From an uncultured Ignavibacteriales bacterium (GTDB lineage: Bacteria > Bacteroidota > Ignavibacteria > Ignavibacteriales > Ignavibacteriaceae), in contig CAIYTF010000084.1 of the NCBI GenBank assembly GCA_903929035.1, positions 13,938 through 77,937 on the forward strand: 64,000 bases of DNA. Direction: 5' to 3'. Below the pieces are notes generated by a model, which was not told the origin of the DNA, searched no databases, and saw nothing but the letters and a program-made list of their open reading frames with translations. Below, piece by piece: positions 1 to 10,000 of this stretch. Made by a program: the position numbers and the translations under genes. Positions within the stretch are counted from its first letter, which is position 1; each line of letters begins with the position of its first letter.

Positions 1-1
1 A

Positions 2-451
2 CTTGTTACACTCGCGGTAAATGCAATGAGTGAACAGTTCGGTGTTCCGGCGGAAGCGATAGATAATTACAGTTATTATGAACAACACTCTGATATTTTT
101 ATCGTTTCAAAAAATTGGGATGGCGGAAATTTTACGCGGCAAAGCAAATTAGGATTGAAAATTGGCGCACTTGATAACTATGGAAACTTCATCTTTCATA
201 CCAATGGCGCGAAAATATTCGAGAAGCACATTACAAAAAACATTTATGAATGTTTATCGGCAGATGATATAAAAACATATTTGGACGGCGGAATAATACG
301 AACAGGAACAAGCGGGCATAATAAAGGGCAGGCAGTTTTCTGCTATCGGAACCGCAAGCTCGGAACAGGCGTATTTGTAGAAAGCGGATTTAAAAGCCGC
401 TTTCCCAGGGCGTTTCGAACCCAGTCAATTACAATGGCAAATGCCGAATAA
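2..451 (+). CDS. C-terminal part of a probable RsmF/NOL1/NOP2-family rRNA methyltransferase (5'-truncated by window edge)
   Basis: Frame is open from base 2; sequence resembles the C-terminal PUA-like region of RsmF/YebU; no catalytic domain in the window. Confidence 0.55.
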   Translation, partial: LVTLAVNAMSEQFGVPAEAIDNYSYYEQHSDIFIVSKNWDGGNFTRQSKLGLKIGALDNYGNFIFHTNGAKIFEKHITKNIYECLSADDIKTYLDGGIIRTGTSGHNKGQAVFCYRNRKLGTGVFVESGFKSRFPRAFRTQSITMANAE

Positions 452-656
452 TTCAACTTGCGTGTATTTTGAGGCAAAATACGCATTTGTTTCGGCTTGG
501 CTCTACTAAAATCCATAGTTCATCGCCGCATACAAACCGGCGCAAAAGTATTGATTTTCTCCATAAAAATGCATAATAAAAGCATTTGATAGCTAAACGA
601 GTTTAAACTTCAAAGTCACATTGATTAAAGTTTATTTTTGAACAACATTATGCCTG

Positions 657-1415
657 CTACTGCATATTTTCTTCTTGAATAAGATCAAGCATAGAAAGTA
701 CCTCCATCGTGAAAATTTCAACTTCCCGCCATTCATAAGAAGCCATACGAATCTTGAGTCTTTTCTCAAGATGTTCACCAAGCAAAGTTAGCCGCGGATA
801 TCCTATTGTTGAACCGGTTCCCCTTAGTTCGTGCATAATATTGCGAAGCATAACTTCATTTTTGGCTTCAAGGGCTGAAAAAATATCAGATTTCTTTTGA
901 TCAATTGTCTTTACAAAAAACCTCAATAAATCGCGTTTAATTTGTGATGTAGTTACAGGTCTTAGAAATTCCTTTTCTTGTTCTTTCTTTCTTTCTTTTT
1001 CACCGACATATTTTTTAAATTTTACACGCGAAAGAATTTGATCTCCAATAACTTCTTCGACCGCGTTAAATATAACTTTTCTGGTAAGCGGTTTGGTTAA
1101 TATTTTTTGCACCCCCAGCTCATTGCACTGGTCAATGAGATATGAATCATTGCTGCCTGTTATTACGATAACAGGTATATTTTTTGATTCATCAAACATT
1201 TTTATTACACGAAGAAGATCGATTCCATTTATGGTGGGTAAAAGTAAATCTAAAAATATTAATCCCGGTTTTGACTCGACAATTGCCTGAATACCCGATA
1301 CACCATCCACGGAAACAATAACATCACATTCATAATCTTCAAGAAATTTTTTTATAGCCTCACGAAGAAAATCGGAGTCATCTATTACTAATATTTTTAT
1401 TTTATCTTCGCTCAT
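657..1415 (-). CDS. Response-regulator receiver domain fused to Hpt phosphotransfer domain
   Basis: REC motifs (ILVIDDS, IFLDLLLP, VIVITG, LTKP); C-terminal HELRGTGSTIG Hpt motif. Confidence 0.85.
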   Translation of the reverse strand: MSEDKIKILVIDDSDFLREAIKKFLEDYECDVIVSVDGVSGIQAIVESKPGLIFLDLLLPTINGIDLLRVIKMFDESKNIPVIVITGSNDSYLIDQCNELGVQKILTKPLTRKVIFNAVEEVIGDQILSRVKFKKYVGEKERKKEQEKEFLRPVTTSQIKRDLLRFFVKTIDQKKSDIFSALEAKNEVMLRNIMHELRGTGSTIGYPRLTLLGEHLEKRLKIRMASYEWREVEIFTMEVLSMLDLIQEENMQ

Positions 1416-1610
1416 ACGAGTGATCTTATCAGCATTACTTTTAAATTTATTATTATATATGAAAAATTATTAAGTCAACATTGGAAAATAACAAAATACC
1501 AATAAATTACTTCCAAGTATTTGAAATAGTGCAAAAGAATCCTTCTTGAGATTACCTTGCCTCTAAAAACTTTCGTATTTTTGAATATAAATATCAAATA
1601 ACTATGAAGT

Positions 1611-2273
1611 ATGGATATAAATTCGCCGCTATCAAATGACAATAGAAATTATGATTACACTGCCTATGCTGAAGAGTATCGAAGGGAATATGGAGTTATA
1701 CTATCTTTGATTCCGGCAGGAGCAAAGGTTGTTGATCTTGCTTGTGGTAACGGTTCATTATTGAAGATATTACGTGACAATAAAAACACGAAAGGATGCG
1801 GGGTTGAACTTTCAAACAGCGGGGTTGCAGCTTCTCTTCACAAGGGATTACAAATCACGCGAGGACGAATTGATGATAAATTACCCTTTCTTGATAAGGA
1901 ATTTGATTACGCTATTTGTAACGTCACCATCCAGATGGTGATGTATCCGGAGATTCTATTGCAGGAAATGAAACGAATTGCCTCACGTCTTATTATTTCT
2001 TTCCCAAATTTTGGCTTTTATAGAAACAGGATCGATTTACTCTTATATGGGCGAATGCCTAAACCAATGATGTTCGGGTATTCCTGGTATTCCACCGGAC
2101 ACATTCATCAACTTTCAATAGCGGATTTTATGGAATTAGTTGAACAAGTTGGCAATCTAAAAATAGAGCAGCATATTTGCGCTGATTCCACAGCCGGAAT
2201 TAAGCGGTCTCTGCAGGAATTATTTCCTAATCTTTTCCAATTATTACCCGTTTTTTTACTTACATCCACTTAA
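1611..2273 (+). CDS. MetW-family class I SAM-dependent methyltransferase
   Basis: VVDLACGNG SAM motif; IISFPNFG, GRMP and WYSTGHIH motifs typical of MetW. Confidence 0.8.
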   Translation: MDINSPLSNDNRNYDYTAYAEEYRREYGVILSLIPAGAKVVDLACGNGSLLKILRDNKNTKGCGVELSNSGVAASLHKGLQITRGRIDDKLPFLDKEFDYAICNVTIQMVMYPEILLQEMKRIASRLIISFPNFGFYRNRIDLLLYGRMPKPMMFGYSWYSTGHIHQLSIADFMELVEQVGNLKIEQHICADSTAGIKRSLQELFPNLFQLLPVFLLTST

Positions 2274-2278
2274 ATATA

Positions 2279-3229
2279 ATGAAATCATTAATTCATAAAG
2301 TTTTAGAATCGCCCGAATTTGTTGAAAAACCGCCAGTGCTTATTGATGTCGGAGCATCCGGCGCGATACATAGTTATTGGCAAACGATAGCACGCCACTC
2401 TATTTGCCTCGCGTTTGACGCCGATGATCGCGAGTTACGCGTCGATGAAAAAGGCAGCTCTGCATTTAAAAAATTATTAGTTTTTAATTCACTTGTTCAT
2501 CCTGAAGTAGAAGGTGAATTAGATTTCTATCTGACAAAATCTCCTTTTTGCTCAGGTGCGTTGCCGCCTGACAATAAATCATTAAACGATTGGGCATTTG
2601 GAGATAAGTTTGATATTGTCAAAACCGTCAAATTAAAATCCATTACCCTCAACTCTGCATTGAATCGCGCGAATATAGAATATGTTGATTGGTTTAAAAC
2701 AGATTCACAAGGATTAGACCTGAATTTATATCTTTCGATGGCTGAAAATATTCGCCGTAATATTTTGTTGGCAGAATTTGAACCGGGAATAATTGATGCC
2801 TACCAAGGGGAAGATAAGATGTTTGTAACAATGCAATATATGGCAGCACAACCATACTGGTTAGCGGAATTAAAAATTAAAGGTTCTCAAAAAATATCGC
2901 GTGATGAGTTAGAGCTTATTGCTAATACCCCGCTCAGACGCAAATTACTTTCATACTCTCACAAAACTTCGCCCGGATGGGGTGAGATGCTTTATATTCA
3001 AAATATTTCAGCTATGGAAGATAGGCGTTCATTATTACTTGGATGGGTATTCGCTGCAGTTACCGGTCAATATGGCTTTGGAATTGAGATTGCTAAAAAA
3101 GGATGTATCCTCTCTAATAACTTACTTTTTCCCGAGTTACTGCAAGCCTCCCGTGAAGCAGTAACTAAACTATCGTTTAGAAGATTATTGCCCGTAATAA
3201 TTCAAAAAATTCAGTCGTTAATAAAATGA
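2279..3229 (+). CDS. FkbM-like methyltransferase
   Basis: LIDVGASG SAM motif and DWFKTDSQG (FkbM KxDxQG-type motif). Confidence 0.7.
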   Translation: MKSLIHKVLESPEFVEKPPVLIDVGASGAIHSYWQTIARHSICLAFDADDRELRVDEKGSSAFKKLLVFNSLVHPEVEGELDFYLTKSPFCSGALPPDNKSLNDWAFGDKFDIVKTVKLKSITLNSALNRANIEYVDWFKTDSQGLDLNLYLSMAENIRRNILLAEFEPGIIDAYQGEDKMFVTMQYMAAQPYWLAELKIKGSQKISRDELELIANTPLRRKLLSYSHKTSPGWGEMLYIQNISAMEDRRSLLLGWVFAAVTGQYGFGIEIAKKGCILSNNLLFPELLQASREAVTKLSFRRLLPVIIQKIQSLIK

Positions 3230-4215
3230 TGAAAAGAAATTACTGTACACTGTTTGATATAAACTATTTAAGCCGCGGAATCGCGATGTATAATTCGTTG
3301 AAACAATGGAGTAATGACTTCCATTTATATATTTTTGCATTTGATGACAAATCGCTCCAAATATTACGTGAGGAATGTCTTGAGCATACCACGGTCATTT
3401 CATTAAATGAATTTGAAGATGAGAAATTGCTTGCCGTAAAACCGAGCAGAAACCGTGCAGAGTATTGTTGGACTTGCACGTCATCAACCATTATTTACTG
3501 CATTAATAAATTTCACCTTGACAGCTGCACCTATTTAGATGCAGACCTTTTCTTCTATAGTTCACCTGAACCAATTTTCAAGGAACTTGGCACAAAATCT
3601 ATTTTACTGACCGAACACAAATACTCAGCTCAATATGCCCGCGATAATAAGAACGGTAAATATTGTGTGCAGTTTATTAGTTTTAAAAATGATTCTGCCG
3701 GAATGGAGGCTTTAGAATGGTGGCGGGAACGTTGTTTAGAATGGTGTTATGATCGTCACGAATCCGGTAAATTTGGCGACCAAGGGTATTTGAACGACTG
3801 GTCAGAAAGATTTGAAGGCGTTCACTCGCTCCAACACCTCGGCGGAGGCGTAGCAGCTTGGAATGTGCAGCAATACGAAATATTTTCAGAAAATGGAGAT
3901 ATTAAAGGAAAAGAATTCAATACAGGAAATGTTTTCCCTATAATATTTTATCATTATCACTACTTGAAATTTATTAATAATGGCACAATAGAGTTAGGAC
4001 GACGAAAATTAAGCCCAAATGTGTTTTCTTGTTTGTATATACCATATATTAAGGAGCTGCTAAAATTACAAGCATACATATCAGATAAATACCAAGGCAT
4101 TAACTCAAGTGGCTCTGCCCCTTATCGGCTAAAGTGGAAAACGCCCATCCTATATATTTTACGTAAACTTCGCGGTGTCTATCATATCTATAAAGTGAAA
4201 GAACTTTTAGAATAA
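3226..4215 (+). CDS. GT-A fold glycosyltransferase (GT8-like)
   Basis: YCTLFDINYL start, YLDADLFF DxD motif, FGDQGYL motif. Confidence 0.8.
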   Translation: MMKRNYCTLFDINYLSRGIAMYNSLKQWSNDFHLYIFAFDDKSLQILREECLEHTTVISLNEFEDEKLLAVKPSRNRAEYCWTCTSSTIIYCINKFHLDSCTYLDADLFFYSSPEPIFKELGTKSILLTEHKYSAQYARDNKNGKYCVQFISFKNDSAGMEALEWWRERCLEWCYDRHESGKFGDQGYLNDWSERFEGVHSLQHLGGGVAAWNVQQYEIFSENGDIKGKEFNTGNVFPIIFYHYHYLKFINNGTIELGRRKLSPNVFSCLYIPYIKELLKLQAYISDKYQGINSSGSAPYRLKWKTPILYILRKLRGVYHIYKVKELLE

Positions 4216-4223
4216 ACTTGTAC

Positions 4224-4252
4224 AAAAAAGGCTGCCCTTTTGAGGCAGCCTT
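4224..4252. terminator. Intrinsic terminator between convergent genes
   Basis: AAAAAAGGCTGCC-loop-GGCAGCCTT hairpin; U-tract on minus strand. Confidence 0.75.
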
Positions 4253-4273
4253 CTATATAAATAAAAACATTTA

Positions 4274-4364
4274 GTCCTTGTAAAAAAATAACCTTTACAA
4301 GTTCTAAATCTAACCTTTGCAGTCTTCGCGTGAGAAAGTGTTAATGTTATTTCTGAACAAGTCC
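4274..4364 (-). mobile_element. ~91-bp MITE-like element, copy 1
   Basis: Reverse complement matches 53105-53198; flanked by TTA on both sides; imperfect TIRs GTCCTTGTAAAAAAATAA / GGACTTGTTCAGAAATAA. Confidence 0.8.
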
Positions 4365-4370
4365 TTAAGT

Positions 4371-6008
4371 CTAAAGTTCGTAAGCTATTCCATATCTGAA
4401 AGCAAAATCAGGGAAGCTAAATACTAATATACCCACGTGGACCCTGTCATATATCGTGTATTCTCTTGAGATTGAAATACCTGTCGGGAATGGTATGCCC
4501 AAAACATCATTCATACTATTTTGTTGTACAGGATTTGTAAAGCCCTCCGCAATTGCCTTGCCGGTTACTATTCCTCCCTCTAAACGATAGTGCGGATTTT
4601 TATATTTCGTGAACTTTGAAAATATTTGGAAAAGTAACCCGTCTATGTCAAAAAATGGGAATAAACGGCTGGGAACTAACAGCCAACCCCATTTTTTTAC
4701 TTTGTCGGCAAGTTGAACATCAACACTGAATTTTGAACCTAAACTTAAATCTTTTCCAATTTTATATTTATCTATTTTTAAATAAATTGGAGATAAATAT
4801 TTTACTAAGTTTAGTCCAAAAGTAAATGAACCCGTTTTATAATCACCGCCAATAGTGAGCGTGGAAGGATAACTGGTTTCAGCTGTTTTTTCGAGACTAT
4901 TTTTAGTGGCAGCGGAGATGTTTGGTTTAGAAAGCGATAGCTTATTAATGTCGATATTCAGAGGATTATCTTTTCCAATCGGACTGCCTGTTAAAAATAT
5001 AGGTTGATAACTCTGATTGAACATATTATTATCAGTCATTACAAACTTTGGTACGATATCAAGCGAAAAAACAAGATTCCATTTCTCGTTCTTTTGAACC
5101 GCGCCTAATCTAAATCCCCATCCGGATGTTTTATAATTTCCCCGCGCGAGCCAGTAGAATGCATTAGTTTCACCGGCTGCCCAATCAATATTAGGATCAT
5201 TAGGATTATTAAAATGCGCTTCTTTGTTCTGTATTACCATCATACCATCAACACGAAGATTTATGTTTACAAACTCGGAAACTTCATAATGATTAAATGA
5301 TGCACCTACAATGGTAGTGCCGAAATCAGTTTTTGCCACTTCATACGCGCCGCCAAACATTAAAGAATTAACGCTAAAATTAAAATTCGCGGCAAAGTTA
5401 GTTTGCAGTGGTAAATCAACAATAATTGATTGACCGGATAATTCCTTAACTGATTTGAGTTTCGTCCTGAATCCTGTAATTGAAAAATCACTTGATATAT
5501 TGAAAGGATAATACACTCCAAAACCAAGCGTTAGTTTTTCATTTATCGGAAGTGCCAAAGCGAACGCGCTAAATTCCGCGGATTGCCCAAGATCAAAGTT
5601 GGTAACACGAGTGTATATAGGAGGAAATTTGCTCTTTGAAAAATCAAAAGTGGTAGTATCCTTTAAGAAAGTTGTTGTTGATGTTTTGAACAACTTATTT
5701 AGTTCCGATGATAAATCAAGACCAACAGTATTTGTTGATATAGTCATTTTTGTATCAAGATACACGACCGGTCTTTTTATTAACCCGAGTTCTGCAGGGC
5801 TTGTGAAGATTGATGCTGGGCCTGTACTGATTCCGGGCGCGAGAACTCTGCCAAATCCGCCCGAACCAAGTCCTCCGCCTTGAGTATTAGCACCAAAACT
5901 CATCTTGTAATTCATCAAACCGCCTACATAATATTCCATCTTGGGGGTTTGTGCGAAAGTAATAACCGAAAGAACTATCGAGAATAAAACGAGTAAAAAC
6001 TTATTCAT
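4371..6008 (-). CDS. Outer-membrane beta-barrel protein, FadL/PorV-like
   Basis: Signal peptide; N-terminal plug-like motif (SIFTSPAELG); amphipathic strands; terminal YGIAYEL. Confidence 0.6.
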   Translation of the reverse strand: MNKFLLVLFSIVLSVITFAQTPKMEYYVGGLMNYKMSFGANTQGGGLGSGGFGRVLAPGISTGPASIFTSPAELGLIKRPVVYLDTKMTISTNTVGLDLSSELNKLFKTSTTTFLKDTTTFDFSKSKFPPIYTRVTNFDLGQSAEFSAFALALPINEKLTLGFGVYYPFNISSDFSITGFRTKLKSVKELSGQSIIVDLPLQTNFAANFNFSVNSLMFGGAYEVAKTDFGTTIVGASFNHYEVSEFVNINLRVDGMMVIQNKEAHFNNPNDPNIDWAAGETNAFYWLARGNYKTSGWGFRLGAVQKNEKWNLVFSLDIVPKFVMTDNNMFNQSYQPIFLTGSPIGKDNPLNIDINKLSLSKPNISAATKNSLEKTAETSYPSTLTIGGDYKTGSFTFGLNLVKYLSPIYLKIDKYKIGKDLSLGSKFSVDVQLADKVKKWGWLLVPSRLFPFFDIDGLLFQIFSKFTKYKNPHYRLEGGIVTGKAIAEGFTNPVQQNSMNDVLGIPFPTGISISREYTIYDRVHVGILVFSFPDFAFRYGIAYEL

Positions 6009-6022
6009 TTGAATCCTCCTTC

Positions 6023-7045
6023 CTAAAATGTAAAACTAAGTGTTAAGCGGTTTGATGAAGCTAACTGTTCAGATAAATATGTATAGTCAAACTTCAATGT
6101 AGATTTCTTTATACCATAGTTAAAGCCAAAACCAAAAACGTATTTTTCATCGTTTTCACTGTTCACAGAATTTTGCAATCCCGCGCGAACAAAAAGAAAT
6201 TTGAATAAACGCAATTCAGCTCCTCCTCGAATAGTAGTTGAAACATCTTTAGTAAATGCAGGCTTTAAATCTGCCGTCATAGTAAATTCATTGGAAATTT
6301 TGTAAGAAGTCCCAATTACGCTTTCAAAGGGCACGCTTTCCGTGTATTTGCCTTTTGCAAGTTTACTGTCAGATTGTGAGTTCCACATAACAGGAGCTAC
6401 CAAATCGCGAAGCATAAGACCAAACCTGAGGGTTGAATCAAACTGGTAAAGGAGACCAAGGTCTATTCCAAATCCATTTGCAGAACCTCGAACTTGATTA
6501 CTTTTTCCTAAGTCGATTTCTTCCTGCGAAAAAATGAAATTATAATCAGCCTCGTTGAATCCGTTATTGCCAAAAGAGGCATATCTATATTTAAGATTCG
6601 CACCGAGAGTAACAGGACCAACTTCCCGCCCAAAGCCTGCTGTTATGGTCATTTCACGAAGCATTTCATCACCCGAATATATAAGTGCTAAGCCTGCTCC
6701 CTGTTTTGGACCATCCGAAGGAATCGGCATACCAACTGATACCATATTATAGGTTATCAAACCAAATATTTTTGCAGTAGTGAAAGAAGCCTGTTTTTCT
6801 TTCAAGTTCGTTAGCCCCGCGGGATTCCAAAACAAAGCATTAATATCATCTGCAAGACCGGAATAAGCACTGCCCATAGCAACAGGGCGCGCACCGAGTC
6901 CCACATCAACAAAAGCTCCGGGAATAGAAGACTTTTGAGCAAATAAATTTGGCGTACCAATAAGCCAGCCAAAAACAAAGCATAATGAAAGTGTTTTCAT
7001 AAATTTAGGTATAAATTGATTCTTTATCGTTTTCATTGTTTTCAT
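6023..7045 (-). CDS. PorV/UPF0164-family outer-membrane barrel
   Basis: GARPVAMGSAYSGLADDINALFWNPAGL signature; terminal LSFTF. Confidence 0.85.
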   Translation of the reverse strand: MKTMKTIKNQFIPKFMKTLSLCFVFGWLIGTPNLFAQKSSIPGAFVDVGLGARPVAMGSAYSGLADDINALFWNPAGLTNLKEKQASFTTAKIFGLITYNMVSVGMPIPSDGPKQGAGLALIYSGDEMLREMTITAGFGREVGPVTLGANLKYRYASFGNNGFNEADYNFIFSQEEIDLGKSNQVRGSANGFGIDLGLLYQFDSTLRFGLMLRDLVAPVMWNSQSDSKLAKGKYTESVPFESVIGTSYKISNEFTMTADLKPAFTKDVSTTIRGGAELRLFKFLFVRAGLQNSVNSENDEKYVFGFGFNYGIKKSTLKFDYTYLSEQLASSNRLTLSFTF

Positions 7046-7052
7046 TCTTTCC

Positions 7053-10000
7053 TTATTTCACCAGTACGACAGGAATAAGTTTAGTAACCTCGCCGCTTGG
7101 GTCTTTAGCCGAAATTTGAATAATATAGCGGCCGTTATTGGCTTCATACCCGTCATTAGTTTTCCCATCCCACGCTAATGCACTTATAGTTGAAGGCTTA
7201 TAAACTCCCGGCATCTGCAAGTCATTTTGAATCACGTTTTTAACTAATTCCCCCCGCATATTGAAAATTTTTATGGTAACAGTAGCAGGCGGCTGCAGTG
7301 AATTTAACTTATAACCAATTTGCACAGGGGCAATTTTGGGAGAAAACGGAGTCGGTAATACTGCTGCATACTTTATCCCCAGAGGCTCATTTTCTGCTAA
7401 TATAGAATACTCTCCAAACGATATAATTTCCGCAGAAAATGATGCTGCGCCAAATGGATTAGTAGTACGAATCGTCCACTCATTTGAGGTGGTATTGTAA
7501 TAACCGATTGTCTTAGCTCCTTCAAATGCCCTCAATGAAGGATCAATCTGTATTTCAAGAGTCATTGGCTTAATAGTCGTATCACCGGCTATTTTTATAT
7601 CCGATAAATATGTAATAAAATATTGTTTATCGGACACAACATACGATGTTAAATCAGTTATATAATTCTTTTTAGCAGGCCCAAATTGTGCCTTCCCAAG
7701 CGTAACCTTAACAGGTATCATAACTGAACCAGGCACTATCTTGAGATTCATTCCGTCTTTATCTGTCAATGTCATATTAGACGTTGAATCGACATCAGCG
7801 TAAACGGTGAGGTCTGTTATTCCCTTTTTACCGCTTACTTTATCTAATGCAGTTACTTCAACATTACCTATAAATAAAGAATCAACCGGTTTAAAGAAAC
7901 CTGTAGAGTCAATTGTTCCGCCTCCAACCGGAACTATACTCCATTTTAGGTTTGTTCCAAGCATTACTGCTTTTGAAGCAGTATCAATACCTGAATACGA
8001 GAACTGCAGCCCGCTTGACTTATTACTCAATTGCTGAACAGACTTTGTTACATTAATTGATTTTAAAATCACGTTGCCAACCGTAACAGAAGCTTCTTGT
8101 GATACACTGAATCCGTTCAATGTCCCGCTTGCCGTGATTTTTGATGTAGTATCTTTTAGAGTAGTTAAAAGAATGACTGTGCTATCACCCGAAGTAGCTT
8201 TTGGATAGCTTATTTTAAAAACTGATGTATCAATATTCCAATTTATCGTACCCTTCGGTGCAGTACCTTGAAAAGAACTTAACAGACTATTGTTCTTTCC
8301 ATCTTTTACAAGCATAGATATTTCATAAGTATCATTTTTACGTAAGGTTGCTTTATCTATCAAAGGTTTGAATGAAATTGATGATAATATTCCTACAGCT
8401 TCAGGAGTTAAGGTATATTTGTCGCTGGTATAAACAACACCTGTTGAGGTCTCGCGAATCACAACATAATACGTTACCTTCACGAGCGAGTGCAATGCAG
8501 GGATTTGCCACGTTATTGTTGAATTTGCTAAATTCACACTATCCACACTATTCTCTGAACCCGTACCCAATTGATATTTCAGTTTTGCATCAAGGGCAGG
8601 TAAGGTCCCTTTATAGAAAACAGTTACTGTTGCCGGATTTGAAGCATCAATTGACGTAAGAGGAGTTAATTTATATCTCAATGACACATTTCTCGAAATT
8701 GTTGAATTATCATTTACAAGATTAAAAACTGTCAATGAGTCATTTGGTGATAGATAATTATCTCTCGAGATATTTAACTTATATTTACCTGCTGAAAGTT
8801 TTGGTTGCGTTTCGAACTTGCCGGTTTTATCAGTAACGGTCTGCGATTGATTACCATCGGGACGAACAAAAATCAAGTTCACATCAGATAAAGCAGTACT
8901 TTCACCATCATTAATGGTAACACTTATCTTTCCACTCGGAATACTAAAGTCCGGCAGTCTAACCGATTGCCCTTTCATAGAAGCAGGTACTGGAACAGAT
9001 GTATCGCGTGTTTGAAAATCAGTTCCTGAAATCGATACTCTATAAATTGTTGTGTCGCCGGTACCCGTTTTAATTGGCAATGCACTAAATGAATATTCAC
9101 CGCTTAAATCGGTAGTAGTACTAAACGAGTTTGACGATAGTGCAGTAACTGTTGTGTTCGCTAATCCTGCGCCTTTATATGTTACTTTGCCGGACAATTT
9201 AACAAAAGTCGGCGAAAGAGTAATATTCTTCTTAGTGTAATTCATACCCGTCACCAAATTATCTGTAAGTGTATCTGATTTATAACCGGTAAAAGATGCA
9301 CTTATAGTCGCAGCCCCGGCTGCTAAACTTCCAAATGTATAGTTCCCGTTAGACTCAGAAACAACTGAAAATGTTTGTCCTGTAGCGGTATTGCGATACT
9401 CAACATTTGCACCGGCAACACTAACGCCTGATGGATTAGAAAGTGTAGTATCTTTTACTACAGTACCTGAAAGAGAAACATTGTTTTTAATAAGAGTAAC
9501 ATTTTCAGTTGCAGTTACATTATTAGCAATTGTAACATTTTTCGGCGTTGACTGTGATGAATAGCCGGTTTTGTTAACTTGTAGAACAAATTCTTTTGTA
9601 GGAACGCCGTTTGTAGGAACGCCGGTAAACGTAAATGTCCCTGACTTACTAAGACCGGAGTATGAATATAAGGTATCAGTACTTGTAATATTTACAGAAA
9701 CAGAATCCAAAGAAACTCCGCTCTCGTCTTTAGTATTAACAGTTAGATTTCCTGAACTCTTTGTAGCTATAAAATCCATAATCCGACTGGCACCAACAGC
9801 GAGGTCTATATCTGCAACACTTGTGGGTGAGAACGTGAAACCCGTTTTACTTACTGTAACTGTATAAGATCCGTTCAAAAGGAAATTAACACTATAAGTT
9901 CCATCCGAATTTGAAACGCTGTTAAATGTTTCATTGGTTGTTTTGTTTTTTACACTTATCACCGCGGATGGAGTACCGACTGTTCCGGAAATAGAAGCAT

